Shown here: piece by piece, positions 19,468 through 25,525 of the stretch | Layout: every line of letters begins with the position of its first letter | Numbering within the stretch: the first letter of the stretch is position 1 | IMG/VR virus record: IMGVR_UViG_3300020044_001268 | Location: 1-28,967 of that record | From: a virus | Lineage: Duplodnaviria; Caudoviricetes | Reading direction: 5' to 3' (one strand) | Length of the DNA: 28,967 nt | Program-made: the position numbers and the translations under genes | Notes under the pieces: model-generated | Told to the model about the DNA's origin: nothing | The model's database searches: none | The model's input: only the letters and a program-made list of their open reading frames with translations

Positions 19468-19661
19468 TATCTGTTTTTTGTGTCAGTTCTAATAGATGGC
19501 AATTGCGTTTTTTCTTTGACTTTTAGGCTTTCGATGCTTAGTTCATTTCCGCACTTAAAACACGCTACTTTATGGAACTCTAACAAAGACTGCCATACAT
19601 AGTCTTCGGTTATTCTACCGCATTTGCATTTATATTCTCTTTTTGCGAATGTGTCTTTCAT
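19467..19661 (-). CDS. Small zinc-ribbon protein
   Basis: Likely start is the ATG at 19661 (MKDTFAKREYKCKCG...CFKCG), just after the stop of the 39-aa ORF. Confidence 0.65.
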   Translation of the reverse strand: MKDTFAKREYKCKCGRITEDYVWQSLLEFHKVACFKCGNELSIESLKVKEKTQLPSIRTDTKNR

Positions 19662-19662
19662 A

Positions 19663-19782
19663 CTATCTGCCTTGTCCTCTGTAAGCCTTTGGCTTAGGAG
19701 AGTGTTTGTTATAGGATTTCTTTGCTTTACCAGCTTTTCTTTTGCCGAAGCTGACTTTGCCGTTGCTACTTTGTTTCGCCAT
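19663..19782 (-). CDS. 39-aa Lys/Arg-rich peptide ending YRGQGR
   Basis: Own translation: MAKQSSNGKVSFGKRKAGKAKKSYNKHSPKPKAYRGQGR; fills the gap between NinG and the zinc-ribbon gene. Confidence 0.7.
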   Translation of the reverse strand: MAKQSSNGKVSFGKRKAGKAKKSYNKHSPKPKAYRGQGR

Positions 19783-20134
19783 ATTTTTCTATTAATTCGT
19801 TTAACTCTGTTCTGGACCATTTGTAAACCTTAACTTTAGTTGCTATTGTTTCAAGTCCTTTTACTGCTTGTTCTCCTAACTTGTTTACTAATCCTATTCT
19901 GTACATAGCTTGGTTGCCATGTTTGTACATATTGCATCCAGCACATTGTAAGTTGATATTCCATTCGTTAAACCTTAAAGCTGAATATCCTTTAACTGGA
20001 AAGTAATGCCCAGCTTGATTTGCATTAGAACTGCCACAAGATATACAAGACAAACCTTCGTCTCTTTTACGAACATAAGCGTTTATGACCTTTTGTGTCT
20101 TTTCTAATAGTTTCGGTAATGGAGTTAATGCCAT
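19766..20134 (-). CDS. ninG: NinG/Rap-family recombination endonuclease
   Basis: YVRKRD...CISCG...AGHY...LRFNEWNINLQCAGCN...YRIGL. Confidence 0.85.
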   Translation of the reverse strand: MALTPLPKLLEKTQKVINAYVRKRDEGLSCISCGSSNANQAGHYFPVKGYSALRFNEWNINLQCAGCNMYKHGNQAMYRIGLVNKLGEQAVKGLETIATKVKVYKWSRTELNELIEKYGETK

Positions 20135-20138
20135 AAGG

Positions 20139-20146
20139 CAAAGTTA
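20139..20146 (-). promoter_or_regulatory. -7 promoter box TAACTTTG, 4 nt before ATG
   Basis: Minus strand reads TAACTTTG-CCTT-ATG (start 20134). Confidence 0.6.
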
Positions 20147-20350
20147 GGGTTTATGTATACGAAAAACAACAGTTCGCCCATCTACCTCAAATCGTTTCTT
20201 TTTTAAAGGACTTAAACCTTGCCTAATTGAGTATTCTGGAACTTTAGTCGTTCTTACTGCATAGGCTATGCTTTTAAATATGGTTACTTCTTTTGTTTCA
20301 ATGTCAATCATTTTTATTGGTCTTGCATTCTCTGTTCCACTTGCTATCAT
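20144..20350 (-). CDS. Small NUMOD1-like DNA-binding protein
   Basis: RPIKMIDIETKEVTIFKSIAYA resembles the NUMOD1 motif. Confidence 0.55.
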   Translation of the reverse strand: MIASGTENARPIKMIDIETKEVTIFKSIAYAVRTTKVPEYSIRQGLSPLKKKRFEVDGRTVVFRIHKP

Positions 20351-20427
20351 AATGTTCGTTCTATTAATCTTTTAATTATTTCTTTTACCATCTCCCAAAT
20401 AAGTATTATGATAATTATTTTAGCCAT
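20347..20427 (-). CDS. 26-aa hydrophobic peptide
   Basis: MAKIIIIILIWEMVKEIIKRLIERTL; ATGA overlap with the next gene. Confidence 0.5.
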   Translation of the reverse strand: MAKIIIIILIWEMVKEIIKRLIERTL

Positions 20428-20522
20428 TTTATAAATCTTTTTATTTCAAAATAAGTATTTGCCGTTGTTAGTAAAATTAGTGCCAACGGAACACTAATAA
20501 ATATAAATTTTATCCATTTCAT
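20415..20522 (-). CDS. 35-aa membrane peptide
   Basis: MKWIKFIFISVPLALILLTTANTYFEIKRFIKWLK; AAACTATG start context. Confidence 0.6.
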   Translation of the reverse strand: MKWIKFIFISVPLALILLTTANTYFEIKRFIKWLK

Positions 20523-20595
20523 AGTTTAAAGTTTTAATGCCCAGCCGTTACATAACCAACACCCTTTTGTTAATTAATAAATTTAAGCTGGGCAA

Positions 20596-21204
20596 TTATT
20601 TTGATATATTTTTTAAATAATGTTGCATTGCGTTACGATTAGCTTCTTTGTCAGTATCGTTTGACATTCTGTTGCTATCTCCGTATGATTTATATTGGGC
20701 ATCTCGTTCCTCCATTATTTTAACAAACGCTTGATGTCTTTGTTCACGATATACCTCTAACATTTCAAAGAAGGTAGGCATATCCATACGGTCATAAACT
20801 TTACCATATTTAAACTTAGGTAGTCCGTCTAAAAAAAGCATGATATCCTCAATGGCTAAATTATCCTCTTCTGCCGTTTCTATTAAAGCTAAACTTAAAT
20901 CATAAATCTGCTCTGTATTCATTCCAACCCTTAAATTAAAATTTAAAAGAGTTCTGGTTATCTGCTTACCTAATACAGTTGCTATTTTATCGTTTCCGTA
21001 AATTTTAGCTATTTGTGGTAATCGTTGGTCTCTTGGTATGTTTTGCATAACCGCTAAATGATTTGGTTCTCCCTTTTCTTTGTAACGGCTCATTTGATTA
21101 AATACCTCACCAGTACTACCAACCGCCATTGCGTTTAAAAGCAGTTTGGATAAACTGTTCTTCGGTAGCGTGGCTAACTCTTGATTTTGTTTGATTATTT
21201 GCAT
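20596..21204 (-). CDS. Hypothetical replication-associated protein (possible helicase loader/partner)
   Basis: Directly downstream of and overlapping the initiator; first ATG at 21204. Function inferred from position only. Confidence 0.55.
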   Translation of the reverse strand: MQIIKQNQELATLPKNSLSKLLLNAMAVGSTGEVFNQMSRYKEKGEPNHLAVMQNIPRDQRLPQIAKIYGNDKIATVLGKQITRTLLNFNLRVGMNTEQIYDLSLALIETAEEDNLAIEDIMLFLDGLPKFKYGKVYDRMDMPTFFEMLEVYREQRHQAFVKIMEERDAQYKSYGDSNRMSNDTDKEANRNAMQHYLKNISK

Positions 21205-21871
21205 TTGGCTTATAATTTTTGTCAATAAAAGTTCCTTTTGTCATATCTTTTGCCATCCAATTTTTTGCGGTGGCAATCCAATCCCTTTTTTTGTTTCCAG
21301 TAGAATCAGACCAATTTTTTATAACCTCGTGATAGTAGGTAAAATTAGCACCTTCATATTGAGTACCCAAAAAACTTGACTCAAATATTTTTATATCATT
21401 ATAAATACTTTCACTAAAAAGCGTGAGTGTCTTACTTTTAATTTCCTTTGTTTTATTTTCTTTGTTTTCCTTTCCTTTTATTTCCTTTTCTTTCCTTTCC
21501 TTTGCATTAGCCTCCCCAATAGCCCCCCTATTAGCCCACCTATTAGCCGCCCCATTTTTACCGCTTTCACTTAGCTTTAATCTAAGTTGTAAATGGTCTT
21601 CTAAGCGTTCGGAATAGAACTCACCTTGTTCAATCTTAAATAGGTCAAAATTGTGTACTACCCCATTAACCTTAACATCCGTTGATTGCATTTGCATTGT
21701 TAAAACTGGAATTAATTCTAAAGGTAAACGACCTCCAGCGTTGGCTAATTGCTCAATGAGAAACCAGTAAATTCCGTAACCTTCCATCCCGAGTTGATGC
21801 CTAAGAAAAAGAATCTTAGTATCATTAGCCGCATTGTAATCATGGCTAAAATAAAAACTATTATTTTTCAT
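21116..21871 (-). CDS. Replication initiator-like protein (DUF4373 / Lin1244-like N-terminus)
   Basis: YFSHDYNAANDTKI..LR...GMEGYGIYWFLIEQL, a K/E-rich linker and C-terminal DWIATAKNW; likely start is the ATG at 21871. Confidence 0.8.
   Translation of the reverse strand: MKNNSFYFSHDYNAANDTKILFLRHQLGMEGYGIYWFLIEQLANAGGRLPLELIPVLTMQMQSTDVKVNGVVHNFDLFKIEQGEFYSERLEDHLQLRLKLSESGKNGAANRWANRGAIGEANAKERKEKEIKGKENKENKTKEIKSKTLTLFSESIYNDIKIFESSFLGTQYEGANFTYYHEVIKNWSDSTGNKKRDWIATAKNWMAKDMTKGTFIDKNYKPNANNQTKSRVSHATEEQFIQTAFKRNGGW
21506..21553. repeat. Four tandem 12-bp iterons (putative replication origin)
   Basis: ATTAGCCTCCCC / AATAGCCCCCCT / ATTAGCCCACCT / ATTAGCCGCCCC next to an AT-rich, strand-skewed tract (21437-21503), inside the initiator gene. 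Confidence 0.7.
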
Positions 21872-21969
21872 AAATAAAAAGGCTCTCGGCATCCCCCCCA
21901 GTAGGATTAGGGGTTCAGCTTTGAGCCAATAAGTTTAATAATGGATATCCTACATCCGTTACAAATATA
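21872..21969 (-). promoter_or_regulatory. Promoter (TATATTTG, 21962-21969) and structured 5' leader/attenuator of the initiator gene
   Basis: Two hairpins with complementary loops; the second is followed by UUUUUAUUU directly before the AUG. Confidence 0.65.
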
Positions 21970-22164
21970 CTATACTAACCTATACTTTGCAAATTGCTTT
22001 TTACCATTGTATTCTATTTCAGTTACAATTTTTAATCCTTCATCTTTTAGCTTGTAAATAACCGCTGCTAATCTAAAGCAACCAAATTTATTTAATGCTT
22101 GAATAGGGGTAATTGTTTTTCTACTTAATAGATACTTTTTGATTTGTTCTTTTTGAGTTTTCAT
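21970..22164 (-). CDS. Small winged helix-turn-helix protein (HTH_39-like)
   Basis: ITPIQALNKFGCFRLAAVIYKLK..G..I...FAKYRL. Confidence 0.75.
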   Translation of the reverse strand: MKTQKEQIKKYLLSRKTITPIQALNKFGCFRLAAVIYKLKDEGLKIVTEIEYNGKKQFAKYRLV

Positions 22165-22188
22165 AGTTGTTAAATTTTTGTTAATGTT

Positions 22189-22470
22189 TTAAAATGGCAT
22201 ATTATCGTGGTCTTCTTGTTCTTGTTTGTTAGTGTTTGCGTACTCTTTTTTAGCATCAAATTTATATTCTTTGCCTCTTCCGCAATACTCTTTTTTCTTC
22301 TTTTCTGCTCGTTCTTCTTGGCTTTGATTATTCCAAACGGTAACTGTATTTCCTTTATCGTCTGGTTCTTTAAGATAATCTACTGCAATGTTTGCGTAAT
22401 GTTTTACTCCAGATTTAGTTTGTACTGGTTTCCATTTAATGTCTTCTTGACAAATGTTTAATACTTTCAT
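22189..22470 (-). CDS. Putative single-stranded DNA-binding protein
   Basis: Beta-rich core and an acidic tail ending DHDNMPF, like the SSB C-terminal DDIPF motif; close to the annealing-protein gene. Confidence 0.6.
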   Translation of the reverse strand: MKVLNICQEDIKWKPVQTKSGVKHYANIAVDYLKEPDDKGNTVTVWNNQSQEERAEKKKKEYCGRGKEYKFDAKKEYANTNKQEQEDHDNMPF

Positions 22471-22471
22471 T

Positions 22472-22639
22472 TTAATTGTTTTTATTAATTTGTAATTCGT
22501 TTATTTGGTCTTCCGTCTTTTGGTCTTCTATAAGTTCTTCTTCATCTTCTTCTTCCCAGTCGCAATGCTCTAAACAATCTGGGCATAAATCAATTTCTGG
22601 CATATCGGTATAAGCTCCGCAGCATGTTGAAAATGGCAT
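22472..22639 (-). CDS. 55-aa Cys-rich, highly acidic protein
   Basis: Own translation: MPFSTCCGAYTDMPEIDLCPDCLEHCDWEEEDEEELIEDQKTEDQINELQINKNN; exactly fills the gap between its neighbours. Confidence 0.75.
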   Translation of the reverse strand: MPFSTCCGAYTDMPEIDLCPDCLEHCDWEEEDEEELIEDQKTEDQINELQINKNN

Positions 22640-22641
22640 AA

Positions 22642-22890
22642 TTAATTGTTTAAGTATTCTTCAAATGTTTCAGTCCAGTCAGACATTCTAACTGAGATTT
22701 GTCTTTGTGGTGGCGTTGGTGGCACTAATAAATGTGGCATGTATTTAACTTTAAATTCTTTTAACATCTCTTTAGCACCAAGTACCTTTTGTTGCATTTC
22801 TCTTGCCTCGTGTGGTTTGCAAGTGTCAAACTTGTACTGCCAAAACTTAATATTTTCCCTTAAGCCTTCTAAAATTACTAAAGTATTCAT
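22642..22890 (-). CDS. Hypothetical protein
   Basis: 82-aa ORF coupled by TAATG to the upstream gene. Confidence 0.7.
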   Translation of the reverse strand: MNTLVILEGLRENIKFWQYKFDTCKPHEAREMQQKVLGAKEMLKEFKVKYMPHLLVPPTPPQRQISVRMSDWTETFEEYLNN

Positions 22891-23513
22891 TATAAGTTCT
22901 TTTTTGCGTTGGTAAATAATTCGTTTAACTGGTTATCTTGTATCATAGTTATATTTAGTTCGTAAAGTTGCTTTAACTCTGTCAAACTTTCGCAAAAATC
23001 AATAGCTACTATTAAGTTATCTTGGCTTTCGTGCTTTTTAATATATGGTGCTTGTTCTTTGCTAAAGTCCATCTCTTCAGCTGGAGTAGCCTCAAAACCG
23101 GCAGCTTTCATTAACCAACCTAAAAGTAGTCTATAAGCTTTACCTTCTGCTCTGGTTTGAGCCATTGAGCATATTGCGTACTCATCAAATGTTCTTTTAG
23201 TGCGTTCCTTGTTAGAACAAATAGCATGTCCAATTGATACTACTTGACCAGTTGCAATGTTTCGCACTTCACAAGTTGCCCAGTATTTTGTTTCGTTTTC
23301 TTTGCTTAGGTCTTTTACTTCGGTAATAATTGGAATCAATCCAATTGCCGCACCAGCGTAACCCCAGCCTTCAACATTTACAAATTGTTTGCCTTGAATG
23401 TTCGTACTTAGTTTTTTCTCTTTGATAAGACTTGCCAACTCATTTGATAGGCTCAAAAGACTATCTTTGTTAATAAGTTCATAGGTAGGTCTAATCTGTT
23501 GTAATTCTTGCAT
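22890..23513 (-). CDS. Putative single-strand annealing (recombinase-like) protein
   Basis: IQGKQFVNVEGW...MAQTRAEGKAYR...TPAEEM plus a C-terminal helical domain; located next to the SSB-like gene. Confidence 0.6.
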   Translation of the reverse strand: MQELQQIRPTYELINKDSLLSLSNELASLIKEKKLSTNIQGKQFVNVEGWGYAGAAIGLIPIITEVKDLSKENETKYWATCEVRNIATGQVVSIGHAICSNKERTKRTFDEYAICSMAQTRAEGKAYRLLLGWLMKAAGFEATPAEEMDFSKEQAPYIKKHESQDNLIVAIDFCESLTELKQLYELNITMIQDNQLNELFTNAKKNL

Positions 23514-23546
23514 AGTATAGGTTTTTTGTTATTTAATAATTAAAAG

Positions 23547-23566
23547 TAAAACTAATTTGTGAATAA
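23547..23566 (-). promoter_or_regulatory. Putative promoter (TAGTTTTA, 23547-23554) with an adjacent consensus DnaA box (TTATTCACA, 23558-23566)
   Basis: The box fits TTWTNCACA exactly; the -7-like element is one mismatch from TAnnTTTG. Confidence 0.5.
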
Positions 23567-23567
23567 A

Positions 23568-23906
23568 TCAAATAAATCTTTTAATATTTATCAAATCCTC
23601 TTTTAAATCGGTTTCGTAATGCAAAGTCATTATATCTTTGATTGTTTCCAAAGCATGTATTACAGTAGTATGGTCTCTCCCAAACATATCTCCAATTGTA
23701 TTTAGAGTAAAGTCCGTTTGTTGCCTTATGTAGTACATTGCAATCCATCTGGCTTTAACAAATTCTTTTTTACGACACTTACCCCTAATATCAGAGTTTG
23801 CCATTCCGTAAAACGCTGCAACTTTACTTATTATCGTTTCCGCTTTCTCGATTTGTTGCCTTAAAGCCGATTTTTCCTTCATTATAGGTTGTGTCCAATA
23901 GTTCAT
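23568..23906 (-). CDS. Stand-alone DnaA C-terminal (domain IV) DNA-binding protein
   Basis: IISKVAAFYG...DIRGKCRKKEFVKARWIAMYYIR..T..TLNTIGDMFGRDHTTVIHA matches the DnaA domain IV signature; no AAA+ domain. Confidence 0.88.
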   Translation of the reverse strand: MNYWTQPIMKEKSALRQQIEKAETIISKVAAFYGMANSDIRGKCRKKEFVKARWIAMYYIRQQTDFTLNTIGDMFGRDHTTVIHALETIKDIMTLHYETDLKEDLINIKRFI

Positions 23907-24012
23907 TAATTTTTGTTTTTAAGTCTTTAATTTGTTTTCTAAGCATCTCATTTTCTAATTCCAGTATTTGCACCATTTTGATATAATAGCTTTTGTTGTC
24001 TATGTAACTCAT
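23824..24012 (-). CDS. Small coiled-coil protein
   Basis: 62 aa, ILELENEMLRKQIKDLKTKINEL. Confidence 0.6.
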   Translation of the reverse strand: MSYIDNKSYYIKMVQILELENEMLRKQIKDLKTKINELLDTTYNEGKIGFKATNRESGNDNK

Positions 24013-24014
24013 AA

Positions 24015-24314
24015 CTAAAAATGTAATAGGTTAATTGGCAGCATAAAATCCTCAGTGATTTCGTACAAATCCAATATTAAAAAATGATATGATTTTAAGA
24101 TACGCTTTTGCACTTGGTTCATTCTGGCAATCTTTATAAGGATATCCTCTTCTCGTTGCATTAAACGAATTGGGTCATCCATTGTGCCTCTTCGCCAAGT
24201 TGCCAAGTCTTTTTCATGTACTGTTTGTCTGGCTTGTGCTGACTTTAAAAGTTCTAACAAACAAGCGGCTCTTTTATGTAGTTTTAGTTGTCTTCCTTGA
24301 TAGATTAAGTTCAT
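24015..24314 (-). CDS. Hypothetical early protein
   Basis: Likely start is the ATG at 24314 (AAAACTATG; MNLIYQGRQ). Confidence 0.7.
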   Translation of the reverse strand: MNLIYQGRQLKLHKRAACLLELLKSAQARQTVHEKDLATWRRGTMDDPIRLMQREEDILIKIARMNQVQKRILKSYHFLILDLYEITEDFMLPINLLHF

Positions 24315-24324
24315 AGTTTTAGTT

Positions 24325-24420
24325 TTAAAGGTTTTCAATTGCAGCAGTTAATAATAATGCCGCCAATACAATAATAAATGCGTACAATGGCTTGATGCTG
24401 TCTTTTTGATACTGGTTCAT
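24325..24420 (-). CDS. 31-aa membrane peptide
   Basis: MNQYQKDSIKPLYAFIIVLAALLLTAAIENL; AACTATG start; fills the gap between neighbours. Confidence 0.7.
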   Translation of the reverse strand: MNQYQKDSIKPLYAFIIVLAALLLTAAIENL

Positions 24421-24422
24421 AG

Positions 24423-24620
24423 TTAAGGTTTTAATGTGATAATAATTGAGTAACTCATGTTTGAGAAAGTAATGCTTTCTACTGTGAACATAATGCGATG
24501 TACTCCTTTGCCAAAGTTTGCAATAATACTATCGCCTACTCTTGGAATGTGTGGTGCTTCTAAAATTTGTTGATAGTCGATGCCGTCTTGGGCATAATAG
24601 ATGGTTGTTTGCCAGTTCAT
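24423..24620 (-). CDS. Hypothetical early protein
   Basis: 65 aa, IPRVGDSI beta-rich motif, AAACTATG start. Confidence 0.7.
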   Translation of the reverse strand: MNWQTTIYYAQDGIDYQQILEAPHIPRVGDSIIANFGKGVHRIMFTVESITFSNMSYSIIITLKP

Positions 24621-24679
24621 AGTTTTTTGATTTAAGGTTATTAAAATTGTGCGTTGAATAGTCGCACCCCTATTTTATT

Positions 24680-24967
24680 TTATTGATATAACTCGTAATA
24701 ATGTTTTAAATCTGATGTATTAAAGCCATTAATATTTAGTACTTCAATGCCATCGTTAGTACAACAAAAAGAGTAAGTATTAAATTGCCAGTTTGGGCTA
24801 AATACATCTCCTTCGTAAGAATCATAAACTAAACCCTTTTTAACTAAAGAGCCTATTAAACCTTTTTCTTCATTTGTTTCTACTGTATAGTTACCACAAC
24901 TATCAGTATTTTGTTCATTGTAAATGTTAAGTAACATTTTTAATTCTCTTTGTGTAATTGTTTTCAT
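24680..24967 (-). CDS. First early gene, hypothetical (possible winged helix)
   Basis: Likely start is the ATG at 24967 (MKTITQRE); KGLIGSLVKKGLV motif. Confidence 0.65.
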   Translation of the reverse strand: MKTITQRELKMLLNIYNEQNTDSCGNYTVETNEEKGLIGSLVKKGLVYDSYEGDVFSPNWQFNTYSFCCTNDGIEVLNINGFNTSDLKHYYELYQ

Positions 24968-24992
24968 ATTGTTTGTTTTTTGGTTTATGAAG

Positions 24993-25035
24993 TAAAGATA
25001 TATGCACATAACTTATCCACCAAACTTATCTACAA
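24993..25035 (-). promoter_or_regulatory. Putative early promoter (TATCTTTA, 24993-25000) with three DnaA-box-like 9-mers at 13-bp spacing
   Basis: Plus strand ATATGCACA (25000-25008), TTATCCACC (25013-25021), TTATCTACA (25026-25034), each one mismatch from TTWTNCACA. Confidence 0.55.
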
Positions 25036-25068
25036 TTATTTTTTACTATTTAAGAAAATTTTAACATT

Positions 25069-25423
25069 TGAGCCGATTAGATGCTTTATTCGGTTCATTT
25101 TGCTAATTATTTTAGCAATATGTTGCATATTATTATCAAAACTTGCAATTATGTTGAAAATATGCACCAAAAAACGCAATATATGGCACATATTAAGTCA
25201 AGTTTTAGCTTTACAAAGTTTTCTAATAGTAAACTTATAGGTTTACTTTGTCCAGTTTATCAATCAAAAAACTGGACTTTATCAATCAATGATATAGAAT
25301 TGTATATCAAAAAAAGGCTTTTTTGACTTATATAGTTTAAATATGTGTCAATTTAAGCAGTATTACTACCAATAGGGTATAATTATCCGTATTTATTCTT
25401 ATTTATACGCTTTAGGGTATAAA
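25069..25423. repeat. Array of heterogeneous inverted repeats (operator-like sites)
   Basis: About ten distinct 13-29 bp dyads packed nearly end to end, e.g. AGTAAAC-N6-GTTTACT, GTCCAGTTT-N10-AAACTGGAC, TGATATA-N6-TATATCA, TTTATAC-N8-GTATAAA. Confidence 0.7.
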
Positions 25424-25445
25424 AAAACCCAGTAGAAACTGGGTT
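25421..25445 (-). terminator. Intrinsic terminator
   Basis: Perfect 8-bp stem with a 4-nt loop, then a U-run on the minus strand. Confidence 0.8.
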
Positions 25446-25483
25446 CGCTTGTAAAACCTTAATCTAAACTATGCAATATGAAT
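25421..25483 (-). ncRNA. Putative small RNA 2 (~60 nt)
   Basis: TATATTTG box at 25487-25494; ends in an AACCCAGT/ACTGGGTT stem (25426-25445) plus a U-run; 5' end approximate. Confidence 0.62.
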
Positions 25484-25494
25484 GAGCAAATATA

Positions 25495-25525
25495 AATAAA
25501 AACTCCCAGCTTTTTACACTGGGAG
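25495..25525 (-). terminator. Intrinsic terminator
   Basis: 7-bp GC-rich stem with a 9-nt loop and a U-rich tail on the minus strand. Confidence 0.78.

Noticed and set aside
11847-25009. Longer N-termini given by the ORF track (12245, 18706, 19820, 21225, 21892, 24338, 25009)
   Set aside because: Each extends into an upstream gene or regulatory element; downstream ATGs give better coupling and start context.
24950-25326. Plus-strand ORFs 24950-25240 and 25081-25326 as a divergent repressor gene
   Set aside because: No HTH or other motif, atypical composition, no clear promoter or start context; the region is better explained by the palindrome array. Not fully excluded.
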